Source: Nitrospinaceae bacterium (GTDB lineage: Bacteria; Nitrospinota; Nitrospinia; Nitrospinales; Nitrospinaceae). From it: a stretch of 64,000 bases of DNA. How positions within the stretch are numbered: position 1 is the first letter of the stretch; each line of letters opens with the position of its first letter. Shown piece by piece: positions 29,607-40,026 of the stretch. The notes under the pieces were generated by a model that was given only the letters and a program-made list of their open reading frames with translations, made no database searches and was not told the DNA's origin. The stretch covers positions 96,001 through 160,000 of the forward strand of contig OZ250172.1 of the NCBI GenBank assembly GCA_965237905.1. The letters run 5' to 3'. The position numbers and the translations under genes are program-made.

Positions 29607-30436
29607 TCCAGCTCCTTCAGTGCTTTTTCGTAATCCTCATCCGAAGGCGCAACGCCATGCCAGCCGGTTTTGCCTTCCATAAAACTGACGCCCTTGCCCT
29701 TGATGGTGTCGGCAATGAGGACTCTCGGTTTCTTATCATCAAGCGGGAGAGTAAGTGCTTTGTACACCTGATCCATATCGTGCCCGTCGATGCGGTGAAC
29801 ATCCCATCCAAAGGACCGCCATTTATCTTCCAGCGGTTCGAGGTCCTTCAAGTCTTTGGTGATATTATCCTGAGCGACCTTGTTGAAATCGACAATAGCG
29901 ATCAGGTTGTTCGTATTGAATTTGGAAGCTGACATAGCCGCTTCCCAGACCTGCCCCTCCTGAAGCTCGCCGTCGCCCATAAGAACGTAAACCTTATAGT
30001 CGCTGTTTTCCAGACGGGCGCCCAAGGCAATTCCATGCGCCACGCTCAAGCCCTGCCCCAGACTGCCGGTGGCGATTTCCACCCCAGGTGTTTTAGGATG
30101 CGGATGGCCTGATAAATTCAGCTTGCTGCCAATTCTCCGATAAGAGACCAAATCCTCGTCTGCGAAATAACCGGCACGCGACAACACCGAATAAAACACG
30201 CCGGTCGCATGGCCTTTGCTCATGATAAACCGGTCGCGGTTAGGATCCTTCGGATTCTTGGGATCGTAACGCATGACGCCAAAATACAAGGCGGTCATGA
30301 TATCAGCCGCAGAAAGGCTGCCGCCCGGATGTCCCGACCCGGCGCGATGGATGATCTCGAGGCTTTTGCGCCGTATTTCCTTGGCGATTTGTCGTAATTC
30401 AGAAACTTGGGTTTCCACCGTTTGAGCGGTATTCAT
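29603..30436 (-). CDS. Transketolase, N-terminal subunit
   Basis: SGHPGGSLS, SKGH, TGSLGQG, GDGELQEG, TIKGKG. Confidence 0.95.
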   Translation of the reverse strand: MNTAQTVETQVSELRQIAKEIRRKSLEIIHRAGSGHPGGSLSAADIMTALYFGVMRYDPKNPKDPNRDRFIMSKGHATGVFYSVLSRAGYFADEDLVSYRRIGSKLNLSGHPHPKTPGVEIATGSLGQGLSVAHGIALGARLENSDYKVYVLMGDGELQEGQVWEAAMSASKFNTNNLIAIVDFNKVAQDNITKDLKDLEPLEDKWRSFGWDVHRIDGHDMDQVYKALTLPLDDKKPRVLIADTIKGKGVSFMEGKTGWHGVAPSDEDYEKALKELE

Positions 30437-30563
30437 AAGTTTGATGGGTACTATTTAAAGGGTAAGAATGGCCTTAAGGCTTATTCTCGAAGGGGGATTT
30501 TAACAGCAATATTTCAGAAATCAAAGGAGAGAACGAAAAAAATTACGCGATGCGGCCTTTTGA

Positions 30564-31226
30564 TCAGGAAGGAACAGTGATCTTCTCGTTTATGGAGATC
30601 ACCTCGTTACATTTATCGAGGAGTTCGGAAAAATTAACCGGCTTTTTGAAAAACATATCTCCTCCTGCGGCGATAACAGCTTTTTCGCTGTACTGAAGGC
30701 TGGCGGAAATGACCAAAACAGTCATATTCTTGGTTCGGGGATTGTTTTTCAGGTTTTTACAAACCTCCAGTGCATTGAGGCCGGGAAGATTGATATCCAG
30801 AAGAATAATGGCCGGTTGAAAATGCGCGGCCTTCAGCCCTGCATCCAAGCCATCAAAAGCCACTTCAACCACATATTCGTTTTTCACAAAAAACTTCTTG
30901 AGTAGAGTGGCGAATTTCTTTTCATCATCCACGATCAATACTTTCTTGGTGGACTTGTCCTCGGCTTCCTTCTTGAGGATTTCCTTAATCATGGCTATCG
31001 TGTGCCCATTTTTCTGCAGAGAATAGACCTGTTTGCATCGTTCCTGCACCCAAGAAGGATAATAGCCCACGATCCCCTTCCCACCGGGATGAGCTTCCTT
31101 TACCGGGTCAGGAAAGAAGTCATACTTCTTCTGCCACAACCACAAGGTTTTTCGGGTAATCGGAACCACCTTTAAAATATCTGCGGCTGTCACTCGGTCT
31201 TCATTATGATTATTTTTATTATCCAT
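30564..31226 (-). CDS. Response regulator with N-terminal MerR-like HTH and C-terminal receiver
   Basis: ITRKTLWLWQK...GYYP HTH region; VLIVDD, LLDINLP, KP receiver residues. Confidence 0.85.
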   Translation of the reverse strand: MDNKNNHNEDRVTAADILKVVPITRKTLWLWQKKYDFFPDPVKEAHPGGKGIVGYYPSWVQERCKQVYSLQKNGHTIAMIKEILKKEAEDKSTKKVLIVDDEKKFATLLKKFFVKNEYVVEVAFDGLDAGLKAAHFQPAIILLDINLPGLNALEVCKNLKNNPRTKNMTVLVISASLQYSEKAVIAAGGDMFFKKPVNFSELLDKCNEVISINEKITVPS

Positions 31227-31656
31227 GGGCTCTGAGATGAGACGATGCGATTCAGTAATTAAAAATTCAACCTTAATGCAGTAACCTCCCGGTTAAATTT
31301 TCATCCACAATCATTATATACAGTTAATGTAATCATAACAAGTACTTTTTTCTAAATTTTTTTAGTCTTTTCCAGCATTTAGTAGACCTTGGTTTTCAGT
31401 ATCTATGTGAATGGCAGAACCACAAGATTCTCACGTCGACAAGGCAATTTAAAAAATCGTCTTCATGAGGCTATGGTCATAACTACTTGATTCCTAATGG
31501 TTTGTTTTATTAACCTTTTAGAGCAATTCAGCCGAAAAATACAATGGGTCCTAAACCACTAATCTGGACTCAAGGGATAAATCGCCCTTCCCTTTCTGCA
31601 ACTCACTATAATATAATAGGTTTTATCGATACTAACTCCTTAATGAATGGTTCTCT

Positions 31657-33402
31657 ATGTTGATACGTCGTTGCGATGGCACCATCGGTTTCTTACTTTT
31701 TGCATTTTTTAGTCTGTTGATTTTTTTGCCCGTTAAGACTTTAGCCAAGGAGAGAAAACGTTACCTTGCCGAGTCTGCACCAAAACCATTAAAAAAGCCG
31801 GATAAAGGCGTAGTTACAGACCGGTTCTTGGATAACCAGATTAAAAAGATGTCGCCCTCTCAAGTTCGTCCTGGGGAAAGCACTCTTAAAAAATCTGCAC
31901 CGGGGAAACCGGATATTGTTCTAAGCAGTACTCTGGAGCTGTCTCTACGGGACGTTATAGCGAATACCCTTAAAAATAATGTCAGTATTGCGGTGCAGGA
32001 ATTTCAGTCGAAAATCCGCAAGGAAGAGATCATCACCCAGGAATCGGTGTTCGATCCAACCTTGTCGTTGGAAGGAAATGCGTCGCAAGAAAGAAACCTG
32101 GTAGCATCGGCCTTTGCTCAGCCTCCTCTTACAATAACAAATTCTCAAAATCTGGACTTGAGTTTCAATCAGAAACTCAAAACCGGTACTGAATACGAAC
32201 TTAAATTCAATAATCAGCGAACTGAGACCAACTCTATATTTGCAGGTTTGAATCCGCAATTCACGACACGGTTCGAACTCAACCTGACACAACCTCTACT
32301 TAAAAATTTTGGATTGGATGTTAACAAATCCAGCATCTATATCGCTAAGAACAATCTGGATATTTCAGATTTCGATTTTAAAAATAGGGTCATCGAAGTG
32401 ATCGCCAACGCTGAAAACGTTTATTGGGACCTGGTATTCAGCAGGGAGGATTTAAAAGTTCAACAAAAATCTGTGGAACGAGCGCAGGACCTTGAACGCC
32501 GGGTCAAGGCACAGGTTGAAGTCGGGACTTTGGCTCCTCTGGAAATTCTCCAAGCTAAATCCGAGGTGGCTTCGCGGGAGGAAGCGGTTATCCAGGCCCG
32601 GAAACTGATTCAGGATAATGAGGATAACCTGAAAAATATTCTGAACATTGCTTTCGACACTCCTGACGGAAGGAAAGAAATTCAACCTCTCGATTCCCCA
32701 AAGTTTCTCGTAGAGGCCCCGGTCTCCCTGAAAGAATCCATCTTATCGGCTTTGAAGAAGAGGCCCGACTATTTGACGAAAAAGAAAGACTTGGACAATA
32801 AACATATTCAGGTCAAATTCAATGAGAATCAATTGTATCCCACCCTGGATCTGGTCGCGAGTTTCGGTTTGAACGGGATCAGCGGCGATGCCCAAACAGT
32901 CCCAACTACTTCTAGCGTCAATCCCTTTGGAGGCAATTTTGGAAGAAGTCAGGAACGCACCTATTCCGGTGATTTTTCCACCTGGGAAGGCGGATTCCTT
33001 TTCAAATATCCTCTCGGCAATCGTGAGGCCAAAAGCCGCCTTGCTGTCTCACGACTGGAAGCCGCCCAGCTTTTAATGGATATCAAAGACCTTGAGAAAA
33101 CAATCGTGGTAGAGGTCCGGGAAGCCGCACGGCTGATCAATACAAACAAAAAACGTGTGCAGGCGGCCCGCGTTGCACGCAAACTGGCGGAAGAAAAGCT
33201 GAGTGCGGAAGAGAAAAAATTCGAAGTCGGCCTGTCCACCAGTTTTAATGTTCTCGAGTTTCAAACCGATCTGGCAACGGAACAAAGCAAAGAACTGCAA
33301 GCCATTGTCGATTTCAACAAAGCCAAGATCAAGCTCCGAAAAGTGAAGGCAACCACCTTGGAAGAATACAATATTCGAATGGCATCTGATTCCGGCCCAT
33401 GA
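31657..33402 (+). CDS. TolC-family outer-membrane efflux protein
   Basis: LTQPLL, YWDL, EEKKFEVGLST; upstream of adaptor and ABC genes. Confidence 0.9.
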   Translation: MLIRRCDGTIGFLLFAFFSLLIFLPVKTLAKERKRYLAESAPKPLKKPDKGVVTDRFLDNQIKKMSPSQVRPGESTLKKSAPGKPDIVLSSTLELSLRDVIANTLKNNVSIAVQEFQSKIRKEEIITQESVFDPTLSLEGNASQERNLVASAFAQPPLTITNSQNLDLSFNQKLKTGTEYELKFNNQRTETNSIFAGLNPQFTTRFELNLTQPLLKNFGLDVNKSSIYIAKNNLDISDFDFKNRVIEVIANAENVYWDLVFSREDLKVQQKSVERAQDLERRVKAQVEVGTLAPLEILQAKSEVASREEAVIQARKLIQDNEDNLKNILNIAFDTPDGRKEIQPLDSPKFLVEAPVSLKESILSALKKRPDYLTKKKDLDNKHIQVKFNENQLYPTLDLVASFGLNGISGDAQTVPTTSSVNPFGGNFGRSQERTYSGDFSTWEGGFLFKYPLGNREAKSRLAVSRLEAAQLLMDIKDLEKTIVVEVREAARLINTNKKRVQAARVARKLAEEKLSAEEKKFEVGLSTSFNVLEFQTDLATEQSKELQAIVDFNKAKIKLRKVKATTLEEYNIRMASDSGP

Positions 33403-34733
33403 TGAAAAAAATCCTGATCTATTTACTGCTAGGCCTTTTGGGGGCGGGGGTCTTGTGGGCGTTTGCCGGGAAGGAAACACCGATAACCCCCGAACAAATT
33501 CCCTTTAAAACCGCGCAGGTCATTCAGGGCGATCTGCTGGTGAAAATTTCCGCCACCGGTGTGGTCGAGCCTAATTTTCAGGTTGAAGTAAAATCCAAGG
33601 CCAGCGGTGAAGTGCTGAAATTCAAGTACGAAGAAGGCGACCGGATCAAAAAGGGCCAGCTTCTTCTGAAACTGGATAAATCCGATGAGATCCGAAGCGT
33701 TGCCCGCTCCAAAGCCGACCGGGCCAGCGCAATCGCAAAACTCAACAAAGCCAAAACCGCTCTCCTTTCCCAGGAAACTAAATATCAGACCAATCTAAAA
33801 TCCGCTCAATCCCAGGTTCAGGAAGCCGAGGCCAATCTCAAAGAATCCGAGGACAGGCTAAAGCGCCAGGAAGATTTATTTCAGAAAAAATTTGCTTCCC
33901 AGGAAACTTTACAGGAAGCGCAAACCGCTTTTAAGGTAAACCAGGAGAACCTGATCCAGGCTCAGTCGAATTTGCAGGCCGCAAAGGATACGGTTCACGA
34001 TATTCAAGTCAAAAAGCACGAGATTGATTTAGCCCGAGCTGAGGTCCAACGGGCAAAAATCGTGTTGGCCGAAGCCAGGGAGCGACTGGATGAAACGGAA
34101 ATTTTTGCCCCGATCTCAGGAGTGTTGATAGAGAAATTCGTCGAACAGGGACAGATCATTTCTTCCGGCATTTCCAATGTCTCCGGTGGAACCACCCTCG
34201 CTAATCTGGCCGACCTGTCCCGCCTGTTCATCATAGCCGATATCGACGAAACAGATATCGGTTCGGTTCAAGTCGGTCAGCAGGTAAAAATCACCGCAGA
34301 CGCTTATCCGGAAAAAACATTCACTGGTAAGGTAGAACGGATTGCACCCAGAGGACAGGTGGAAGACAGCATCACCATTTTCAAGGTCAAGATCGAAATC
34401 CAGGGCAAAGGCAAGGGCATCTTAAAACCAATGATGACCGCCAACGTTGATATAATAAGCAGAGAGTTAAAAAATGTTTTGTATCTGCCGAGAGAAGCGC
34501 TCAGGGTGGGAAAAAACAAAAAATATGTAGCGATTCTCGTCAACAACGAGCCCAAGGAAGTTCCTGTAACCACTGGGGTGAGAAATCCAATCTACATCCA
34601 GATTCTATCCGGTCTGGAAGTAGATCAAAAAGTCCTGATCGGTGATTGGCAAGCTTTATGGGAAGAGCATCAAAAAGGTGACGATAATATGTCCACCATC
34701 CGTAAAATGTTATTCATTCTTCGTTCAAAGTGA
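33399..34733 (+). CDS. MacA-like periplasmic adaptor
   Basis: ATGVVEP...VKSKASG, long coiled coil, APISG, IDETDIG. Confidence 0.9.
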   Translation: MMKKILIYLLLGLLGAGVLWAFAGKETPITPEQIPFKTAQVIQGDLLVKISATGVVEPNFQVEVKSKASGEVLKFKYEEGDRIKKGQLLLKLDKSDEIRSVARSKADRASAIAKLNKAKTALLSQETKYQTNLKSAQSQVQEAEANLKESEDRLKRQEDLFQKKFASQETLQEAQTAFKVNQENLIQAQSNLQAAKDTVHDIQVKKHEIDLARAEVQRAKIVLAEARERLDETEIFAPISGVLIEKFVEQGQIISSGISNVSGGTTLANLADLSRLFIIADIDETDIGSVQVGQQVKITADAYPEKTFTGKVERIAPRGQVEDSITIFKVKIEIQGKGKGILKPMMTANVDIISRELKNVLYLPREALRVGKNKKYVAILVNNEPKEVPVTTGVRNPIYIQILSGLEVDQKVLIGDWQALWEEHQKGDDNMSTIRKMLFILRSK

Positions 34734-34740
34734 TAAAACC

Positions 34741-35421
34741 TTGATTCAAGTTGAAAACCTCAGCAAAACGTACGAATTGGGCGGTCAGAAAGTTTCGGCC
34801 CTGAATGGGGTCAGCTTCCGGATCGAAAGGGGAGAGTTTGTCGCCATCATGGGGCAATCAGGAAGTGGCAAGTCCACCTTGATGAACCTGCTGGGATGTC
34901 TGGACCTTCCCTCTTCCGGCACCTACCGTCTGGGCAAAATTGATGTACGCACTCTGAGTTCCGATCAACTGGCCGAAGTCCGCAACCGCCGCATCGGATT
35001 CGTCTTTCAAAGTTTCAATCTTCTGCCTCGTTCTTCGGCACTTGAAAATATCGAACTGCCCTTGCTCTATGGCGGAACCTCCGATCCTCAGTCGAAAGCC
35101 CGGGAAGCCCTGGCCAAAGTGGGGCTTGATGCCCGCGCCCATCACAAACCTAATGAACTTTCCGGGGGCGAGCGTCAGCGGGTCGCCATCGCCCGTGCCA
35201 TCGTCAACAACCCCGCCATCATTCTGGCGGACGAGCCGACCGGCAACCTGGACTCGAAAACGGGAGAGGAAATCATGGGCATTTTTTCCCGGCTCAACCG
35301 GGAAGGAACCACTCTGATTCTGGTTACCCACGAACGACATGTGGCGCAATACGCCCGCCGGGTTATCCAGATGCGGGACGGCCTGATCGTCAGAGATTTT
35401 ATCAAGGAGAAGGTATGTTGA
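34741..35421 (+). CDS. ABC transporter ATP-binding protein (MacB/LolD type)
   Basis: GQSGSGKS, LSGGERQR, LADEPTGNLD; start probably TTG 34741. Confidence 0.93.
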   Translation: MIQVENLSKTYELGGQKVSALNGVSFRIERGEFVAIMGQSGSGKSTLMNLLGCLDLPSSGTYRLGKIDVRTLSSDQLAEVRNRRIGFVFQSFNLLPRSSALENIELPLLYGGTSDPQSKAREALAKVGLDARAHHKPNELSGGERQRVAIARAIVNNPAIILADEPTGNLDSKTGEEIMGIFSRLNREGTTLILVTHERHVAQYARRVIQMRDGLIVRDFIKEKVC

Positions 35422-36623
35422 TCTGGGGTTTGTTTAAAATCGCACTGCGCAGTCTGCGAGCCAACATGCTCAGGACATTTCTCACGATGCTGGGAATCAT
35501 GATCGGAGTGGCGTCGGTCATCTCCATGATTTCCCTGGGCGAAGGGGCGCGACTGCAAACCCTCAGCACCATCGCTAAATTTGGAACCAATATCATTACC
35601 GTCAAACCCGGCGAGAAAAAGAACCGTCACGTCCGCACCGGCAAAGTTGAGACATTGATGTTGAAAGATGCTTACGCGATTCGGGACTATATCCGCAACA
35701 TCAACGGAGTGGCGGCACAGGTCTATCAAAGCGGCCAGCTGAAACACGGCAACAAGAACAGCAACAGCACAGTCCGCGGTACGAGCGCAGATTATGTATG
35801 GATCGGCAATTTTCAAATGGATGAAGGGCGATTTTTTACCCCGGAAGAAGTTCGTTCTGCCCGAAAAATCTGCGTCTTGGGCGCGACAGTCGTAAAAAAT
35901 ATTTTTGACGGTGATAATCCGGTCGGCAAAACCCTTAAAGTGGATGGAGATAATTATCTTGTGATCGGCACCACCGTTGCCAAAGGTGCATTGACTTGGT
36001 ACGATCCGGACGACCAGATTTTCATACCCGTCACCACTGCTCAAAAGCGTTTGTTCGGATTGAAATATGTGCAGTCGATCGACATTCAGGTCAAAAACAT
36101 GGATGACATCGAAACGATCAAACAGGATATTGAAACGCTGTTACGCAACCGACACAACCTTCGGCAAAGCGAGAAAAGCGATTTTCACGTTCAGAATTCC
36201 GCCGAGTGGTTGAATAGTTGGGGAAAAGCGGCGGAGACTTTTCAATTCCTACTGGGCGGCATCGCCACGATATCCCTTTTGGTGGGGGGTATCGGCATTA
36301 TGAACATCATGCTGGTTTCGGTGACCGAGCGGACCCGCGAAATCGGTATCCGTATCGCCATCGGCGCCAAGAAGCGGGAGATTCGCAAACAATTTTTGAT
36401 TGAGTCGGTGCTGATCAGTTTTCTGGGCGGGAGTCTCGGAATTGGGCTGGGTATGCTTATCTCCCGTGCGGCATCCCAAATAGGCGACTTGGAAACGGTT
36501 GTTTCTCTACAATCGGTCCTGCTGGCATTCGGGTTTTCCGTGGGAATCGGCATCTTTTTCGGCCTGTATCCCGCGACCAAAGCCGCCAACCTCAATCCTA
36601 TTGACGCCCTGAGATACGAATAA
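35415..36623 (+). CDS. ABC transporter permease (MacB/FtsX type)
   Basis: LTMLGIMIGV, GGIGIMNIMLVSVTERTREIG, ALRYE. Confidence 0.93.
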   Translation: MLIWGLFKIALRSLRANMLRTFLTMLGIMIGVASVISMISLGEGARLQTLSTIAKFGTNIITVKPGEKKNRHVRTGKVETLMLKDAYAIRDYIRNINGVAAQVYQSGQLKHGNKNSNSTVRGTSADYVWIGNFQMDEGRFFTPEEVRSARKICVLGATVVKNIFDGDNPVGKTLKVDGDNYLVIGTTVAKGALTWYDPDDQIFIPVTTAQKRLFGLKYVQSIDIQVKNMDDIETIKQDIETLLRNRHNLRQSEKSDFHVQNSAEWLNSWGKAAETFQFLLGGIATISLLVGGIGIMNIMLVSVTERTREIGIRIAIGAKKREIRKQFLIESVLISFLGGSLGIGLGMLISRAASQIGDLETVVSLQSVLLAFGFSVGIGIFFGLYPATKAANLNPIDALRYE

Positions 36624-36695
36624 ATTCCCCCCTTCCCTTCCAATTGCTATAATCCCGGATGATCACTCACCCATCCATGAAATTGTGTTGCGGCA

Positions 36696-38186
36696 ATGAA
36701 TTTACATCCGACCCGAGAAAAATTTATTGACCTGAAGAGGAACTTTGACAGAGTTCCTATTCTTGGCGAAAAAAGTGTTCCGCAATTCAATCCATCACAC
36801 TTTTTCCGTTTTATGGTGGGCAGTGCTCCCAACGCTTTTTTGTTTGAAAGTGGAAAAGGCCCGGAGGCGACAGCTCGTTACACCCTGATGGGCCAGTCGA
36901 ATTCCAAAACCCTCCAGGCGAACCACGATGGGATCATCGTTTCCAATAATGGAACGCGCGAGGCGAAGCAGGGGTCGCCCTTATCAATTCTGGATCATCT
37001 TAATTTCGAATCGCACGGAGCCCCTTTCGATTATGTGCCGCATTTCTGGGGAGGATGGGTGGGCATGATCGGTTATGAAATGGCGCAATGGCTCGATACT
37101 ATTTCTCTTCGATCCAAAGACGATCTGAGTCTCCCTTTGCTTCATTTTTTCCAAGTGGACCAGTTGTGGGTTTACGACCATGTAACTCAAGTTTTAAAGT
37201 TGGTCATCTCAAAAAAATGTTTGGGCGACCCCAAAAAACATTATGGTGAAACTGTTCAGGAAATCGAGCGGTACTGGCAACAGGCCGAATCCATTCTGAA
37301 TACTTCTCCAGAACCTGGCAACCAAACCCCACCAGCTCAATCCAATGGAAATGACTCAGGACTCCATTCCAATATTTCCGAAGCCCAGTACATTGCAATG
37401 GTCGAGCGGGCGAAACACTATATCGAGGAAGGAGATATCTACCAGGCCAATCTGTCCCAACGGTTCGAGACGACGTTTGAAGGCGAGGCTTTTGACCTTT
37501 ATGAAAACCTCAGGCAAATCAACCCCTCTCCTTTTTCCGGATATATGAAACTTGAAGATCTGACTCTGGTCAGTTCATCGCCGGAGCGGTTGGTCAAAAT
37601 CGAAGAGGGAATTTTGGAAACGCGGCCCATCGCCGGCACCCGTCCGCGTGGCCGCAATACTGAGGAAGATAAACATCTGGCAACGGAATTGCTTCTCAAT
37701 GAAAAAGAGCAAGCGGAACACCTGATGCTGGTGGACCTGGAGCGCAACGATTTGGGCCGGATTTGCGAATACGGCAGTGTTCAGGTGACGGAGCAAATGT
37801 TTGTCGAGCAATATTCCCACGTCAGCCATATTGTTTCCAATATCCGGGGAACTCTGAAACCGGGCGTCACCTTCAAGGAAATATTGCAAGCCGTTTTTCC
37901 GGGTGGGACCATCACCGGTTGCCCGAAAATCCGGTGCATGGAAATCATCGATGAACTGGAGCCCGTGGCGCGGGGACCCTATTCCGGAAGTTTCGGTTAC
38001 ATCGGATTTGCCGACATCCTCGACTTCAATATTATCATCCGGACGATATTATTAAAGGATGATAAAGCTTATTTTCATGTGGGTGCAGGCATTGTCGCCG
38101 ATTCCATTCCCGAAAAGGAGTACCAGGAAACTCTCGACAAGGCCGCAGCCATGATTGATGTCCTGACAGGAAAGCAGGATTCCTGA
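36696..38186 (+). CDS. pabB: Aminodeoxychorismate synthase / anthranilate synthase component I family
   Basis: GDIYQAN, SSSPERL, RPIAGTRPR, EHLMLVDLERND, FPGGTITGCPK; adjacent to a class-IV aminotransferase. Confidence 0.85.
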   Translation: MNLHPTREKFIDLKRNFDRVPILGEKSVPQFNPSHFFRFMVGSAPNAFLFESGKGPEATARYTLMGQSNSKTLQANHDGIIVSNNGTREAKQGSPLSILDHLNFESHGAPFDYVPHFWGGWVGMIGYEMAQWLDTISLRSKDDLSLPLLHFFQVDQLWVYDHVTQVLKLVISKKCLGDPKKHYGETVQEIERYWQQAESILNTSPEPGNQTPPAQSNGNDSGLHSNISEAQYIAMVERAKHYIEEGDIYQANLSQRFETTFEGEAFDLYENLRQINPSPFSGYMKLEDLTLVSSSPERLVKIEEGILETRPIAGTRPRGRNTEEDKHLATELLLNEKEQAEHLMLVDLERNDLGRICEYGSVQVTEQMFVEQYSHVSHIVSNIRGTLKPGVTFKEILQAVFPGGTITGCPKIRCMEIIDELEPVARGPYSGSFGYIGFADILDFNIIIRTILLKDDKAYFHVGAGIVADSIPEKEYQETLDKAAAMIDVLTGKQDS

Positions 38187-39055
38187 TGGCGCCCATCGTC
38201 TATTTGAATGGAAAGTTCGTTCCTCTGGCGGATGCCAAGGTCTCCATCCTGGATCGTGGCTTCTGTTACGGCGATGCCCTGTTTGAAACCATGCGGGTTT
38301 ATTCGGGAAAGATATTCCGCCTGGACCTGCATCTCGACCGGTTGGAGCGCGGCGCTGACCGTATTTTTCTAAAGCTTCCCGAATCGCGGGAACGCATCCA
38401 GGAAATTCTTTATGAAACCTTTAACAGGAATCAAGGGGCGGACGCGGTCATTCGCCTGACCCTTACCCGAGGGGAAGGCGTTTTAGGGAAATTGTGGCAG
38501 GCCGACACCTCTCCTACCCTGTCCGTCTATGTGCGACCCTACTGTGGCCCGCCGGACGAGTGGTATCAAAACGGTGTCCCGATTTCGCTTATCCCCAATT
38601 CCGCCGCCAAACTGGGAGGCTTGCAGGAACAGATCAAATCGGCAAACTATTTAAGCCAGATTCTGGCGCGGAAGCAGGCAGAGGATCAAAATTCGGTGGA
38701 TGGGATCATGATCAACGAACAAGGCGAAGTCTGTGACGGCACGATATCCAATATATTCGCGGTGAAGGAAGGCGTATTATCCACTCCAGCGGTTAATGGC
38801 TATGTGCTTGCGGGAGTGACGCGGCAGGTGGTTTTGAAGCTGGCCACCGAAACGGGAACCGTCTGTAGAGAAAGACCCCTGACTGCCGAGGATATCCTGC
38901 AGGGGGACGAGCTATTTCTGACCAATACCGGGTGGGAAATCCTTCCCGTTACCCGCGTCGACGGAAAAACCGTCGGCTCTGGCCAGCCCGGCCCTCTGAC
39001 CCAGGCCCTGAGCCGGGAATTCCGGAAATGCGTTGATGCAGAAATTGGAAAATGA
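38186..39055 (+). CDS. pabC: Class IV aminotransferase (probably 4-amino-4-deoxychorismate lyase)
   Basis: DRGFCYGDALFET, IKSANY, LAGVTR; coupled to pabB. Confidence 0.75.
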   Translation: MAPIVYLNGKFVPLADAKVSILDRGFCYGDALFETMRVYSGKIFRLDLHLDRLERGADRIFLKLPESRERIQEILYETFNRNQGADAVIRLTLTRGEGVLGKLWQADTSPTLSVYVRPYCGPPDEWYQNGVPISLIPNSAAKLGGLQEQIKSANYLSQILARKQAEDQNSVDGIMINEQGEVCDGTISNIFAVKEGVLSTPAVNGYVLAGVTRQVVLKLATETGTVCRERPLTAEDILQGDELFLTNTGWEILPVTRVDGKTVGSGQPGPLTQALSREFRKCVDAEIGK

Positions 39056-39104
39056 TAAGCTTCGCCCTTAACTTTTTAACTCGTTTAGCGGACGGAAAAC
39101 TATA

Positions 39105-39536
39105 ATGGAAGCATCTGATAATTTCGCGGACAATCCGAACGGAGTCATCTCGGACAAGCAGGCCAACCTGGAATGGTTACCCAAGGATTCCTACGGCGAC
39201 CTCGGCCGCTGGCTGAATTTTCAGGAGGCGGTGTCCTACCGCGGTACCATGGTCAGCGTGTATGCTGGCGGGCACAACGACTGGCGTTTGCCGACCCAGG
39301 AAGAGGCGTTGGGTTTATTCAATGAGGACTTGACTCAACTGGACTGGGAAGGGGAAGAAGTCCATATCCATCCCCTCTTTGTCATCAAATGCGGTCGTCA
39401 CATCTGGACCAGCGAGGAAAACGATGAAAACCAGGCGGCGGTCGTCAACCTGCAGGATGGGTCCAACGAGTTTATGGATAAAGAAAGCAGGGACAATTTA
39501 GCGGTACGCCTGGTGCGCACGGTTCCCTCAAAGTAA
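39105..39536 (+). CDS. DUF1566 domain protein
   Basis: FADNPNGVISD...LEW, GGHNDWRLPT, VRLVR. Confidence 0.85.
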   Translation: MEASDNFADNPNGVISDKQANLEWLPKDSYGDLGRWLNFQEAVSYRGTMVSVYAGGHNDWRLPTQEEALGLFNEDLTQLDWEGEEVHIHPLFVIKCGRHIWTSEENDENQAAVVNLQDGSNEFMDKESRDNLAVRLVRTVPSK

Positions 39537-39541
39537 AATCC

Positions 39542-39934
39542 TTAACTGGAAAATCCGGCCCGTTGCCAAAACACGTCGCGGCTCATACTTTGCATATTGC
39601 CTTCAGCATATTCTTCATCCTTGAAGATTTTTTCTGCTACTCCCTCGTCTTCATAAGTTATGACCTTTACATCCGCATGTTTGGTTTTTTTGAAGCCGTT
39701 AAACAAGGATGCGGGATGGGTGGCTTGCAGGTCCAGAGGGAACCGCCGGGCGATTCGAATGTTCTGATCTATTCCGTGTAAATCCACACAAAAAAAATTT
39801 CCCTCCAGCCAGTATTCGATGGATTGCTCTTCTTCCTGGCCCGGAACAAACACCTTTTCATCCACTTTAACCGCAAAAACGGTTCCGGCCTGACCGCGTA
39901 TCCATACTTTTCCAGTATCTTTGATTTCCGGCAT
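39542..39934 (-). CDS. Hypothetical protein
   Basis: AGGTGG RBS; 130 aa; fills the intergenic gap. Confidence 0.65.
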   Translation of the reverse strand: MPEIKDTGKVWIRGQAGTVFAVKVDEKVFVPGQEEEQSIEYWLEGNFFCVDLHGIDQNIRIARRFPLDLQATHPASLFNGFKKTKHADVKVITYEDEGVAEKIFKDEEYAEGNMQSMSRDVFWQRAGFSS

Positions 39935-40026
39935 GATTGAGTTTCCACCTTAATGGCATATGACTTTTGACAAGAAAACGCTTTTATACCATAATTTTTC
40001 AATCATCCATTTAATAGAGCCGACCC

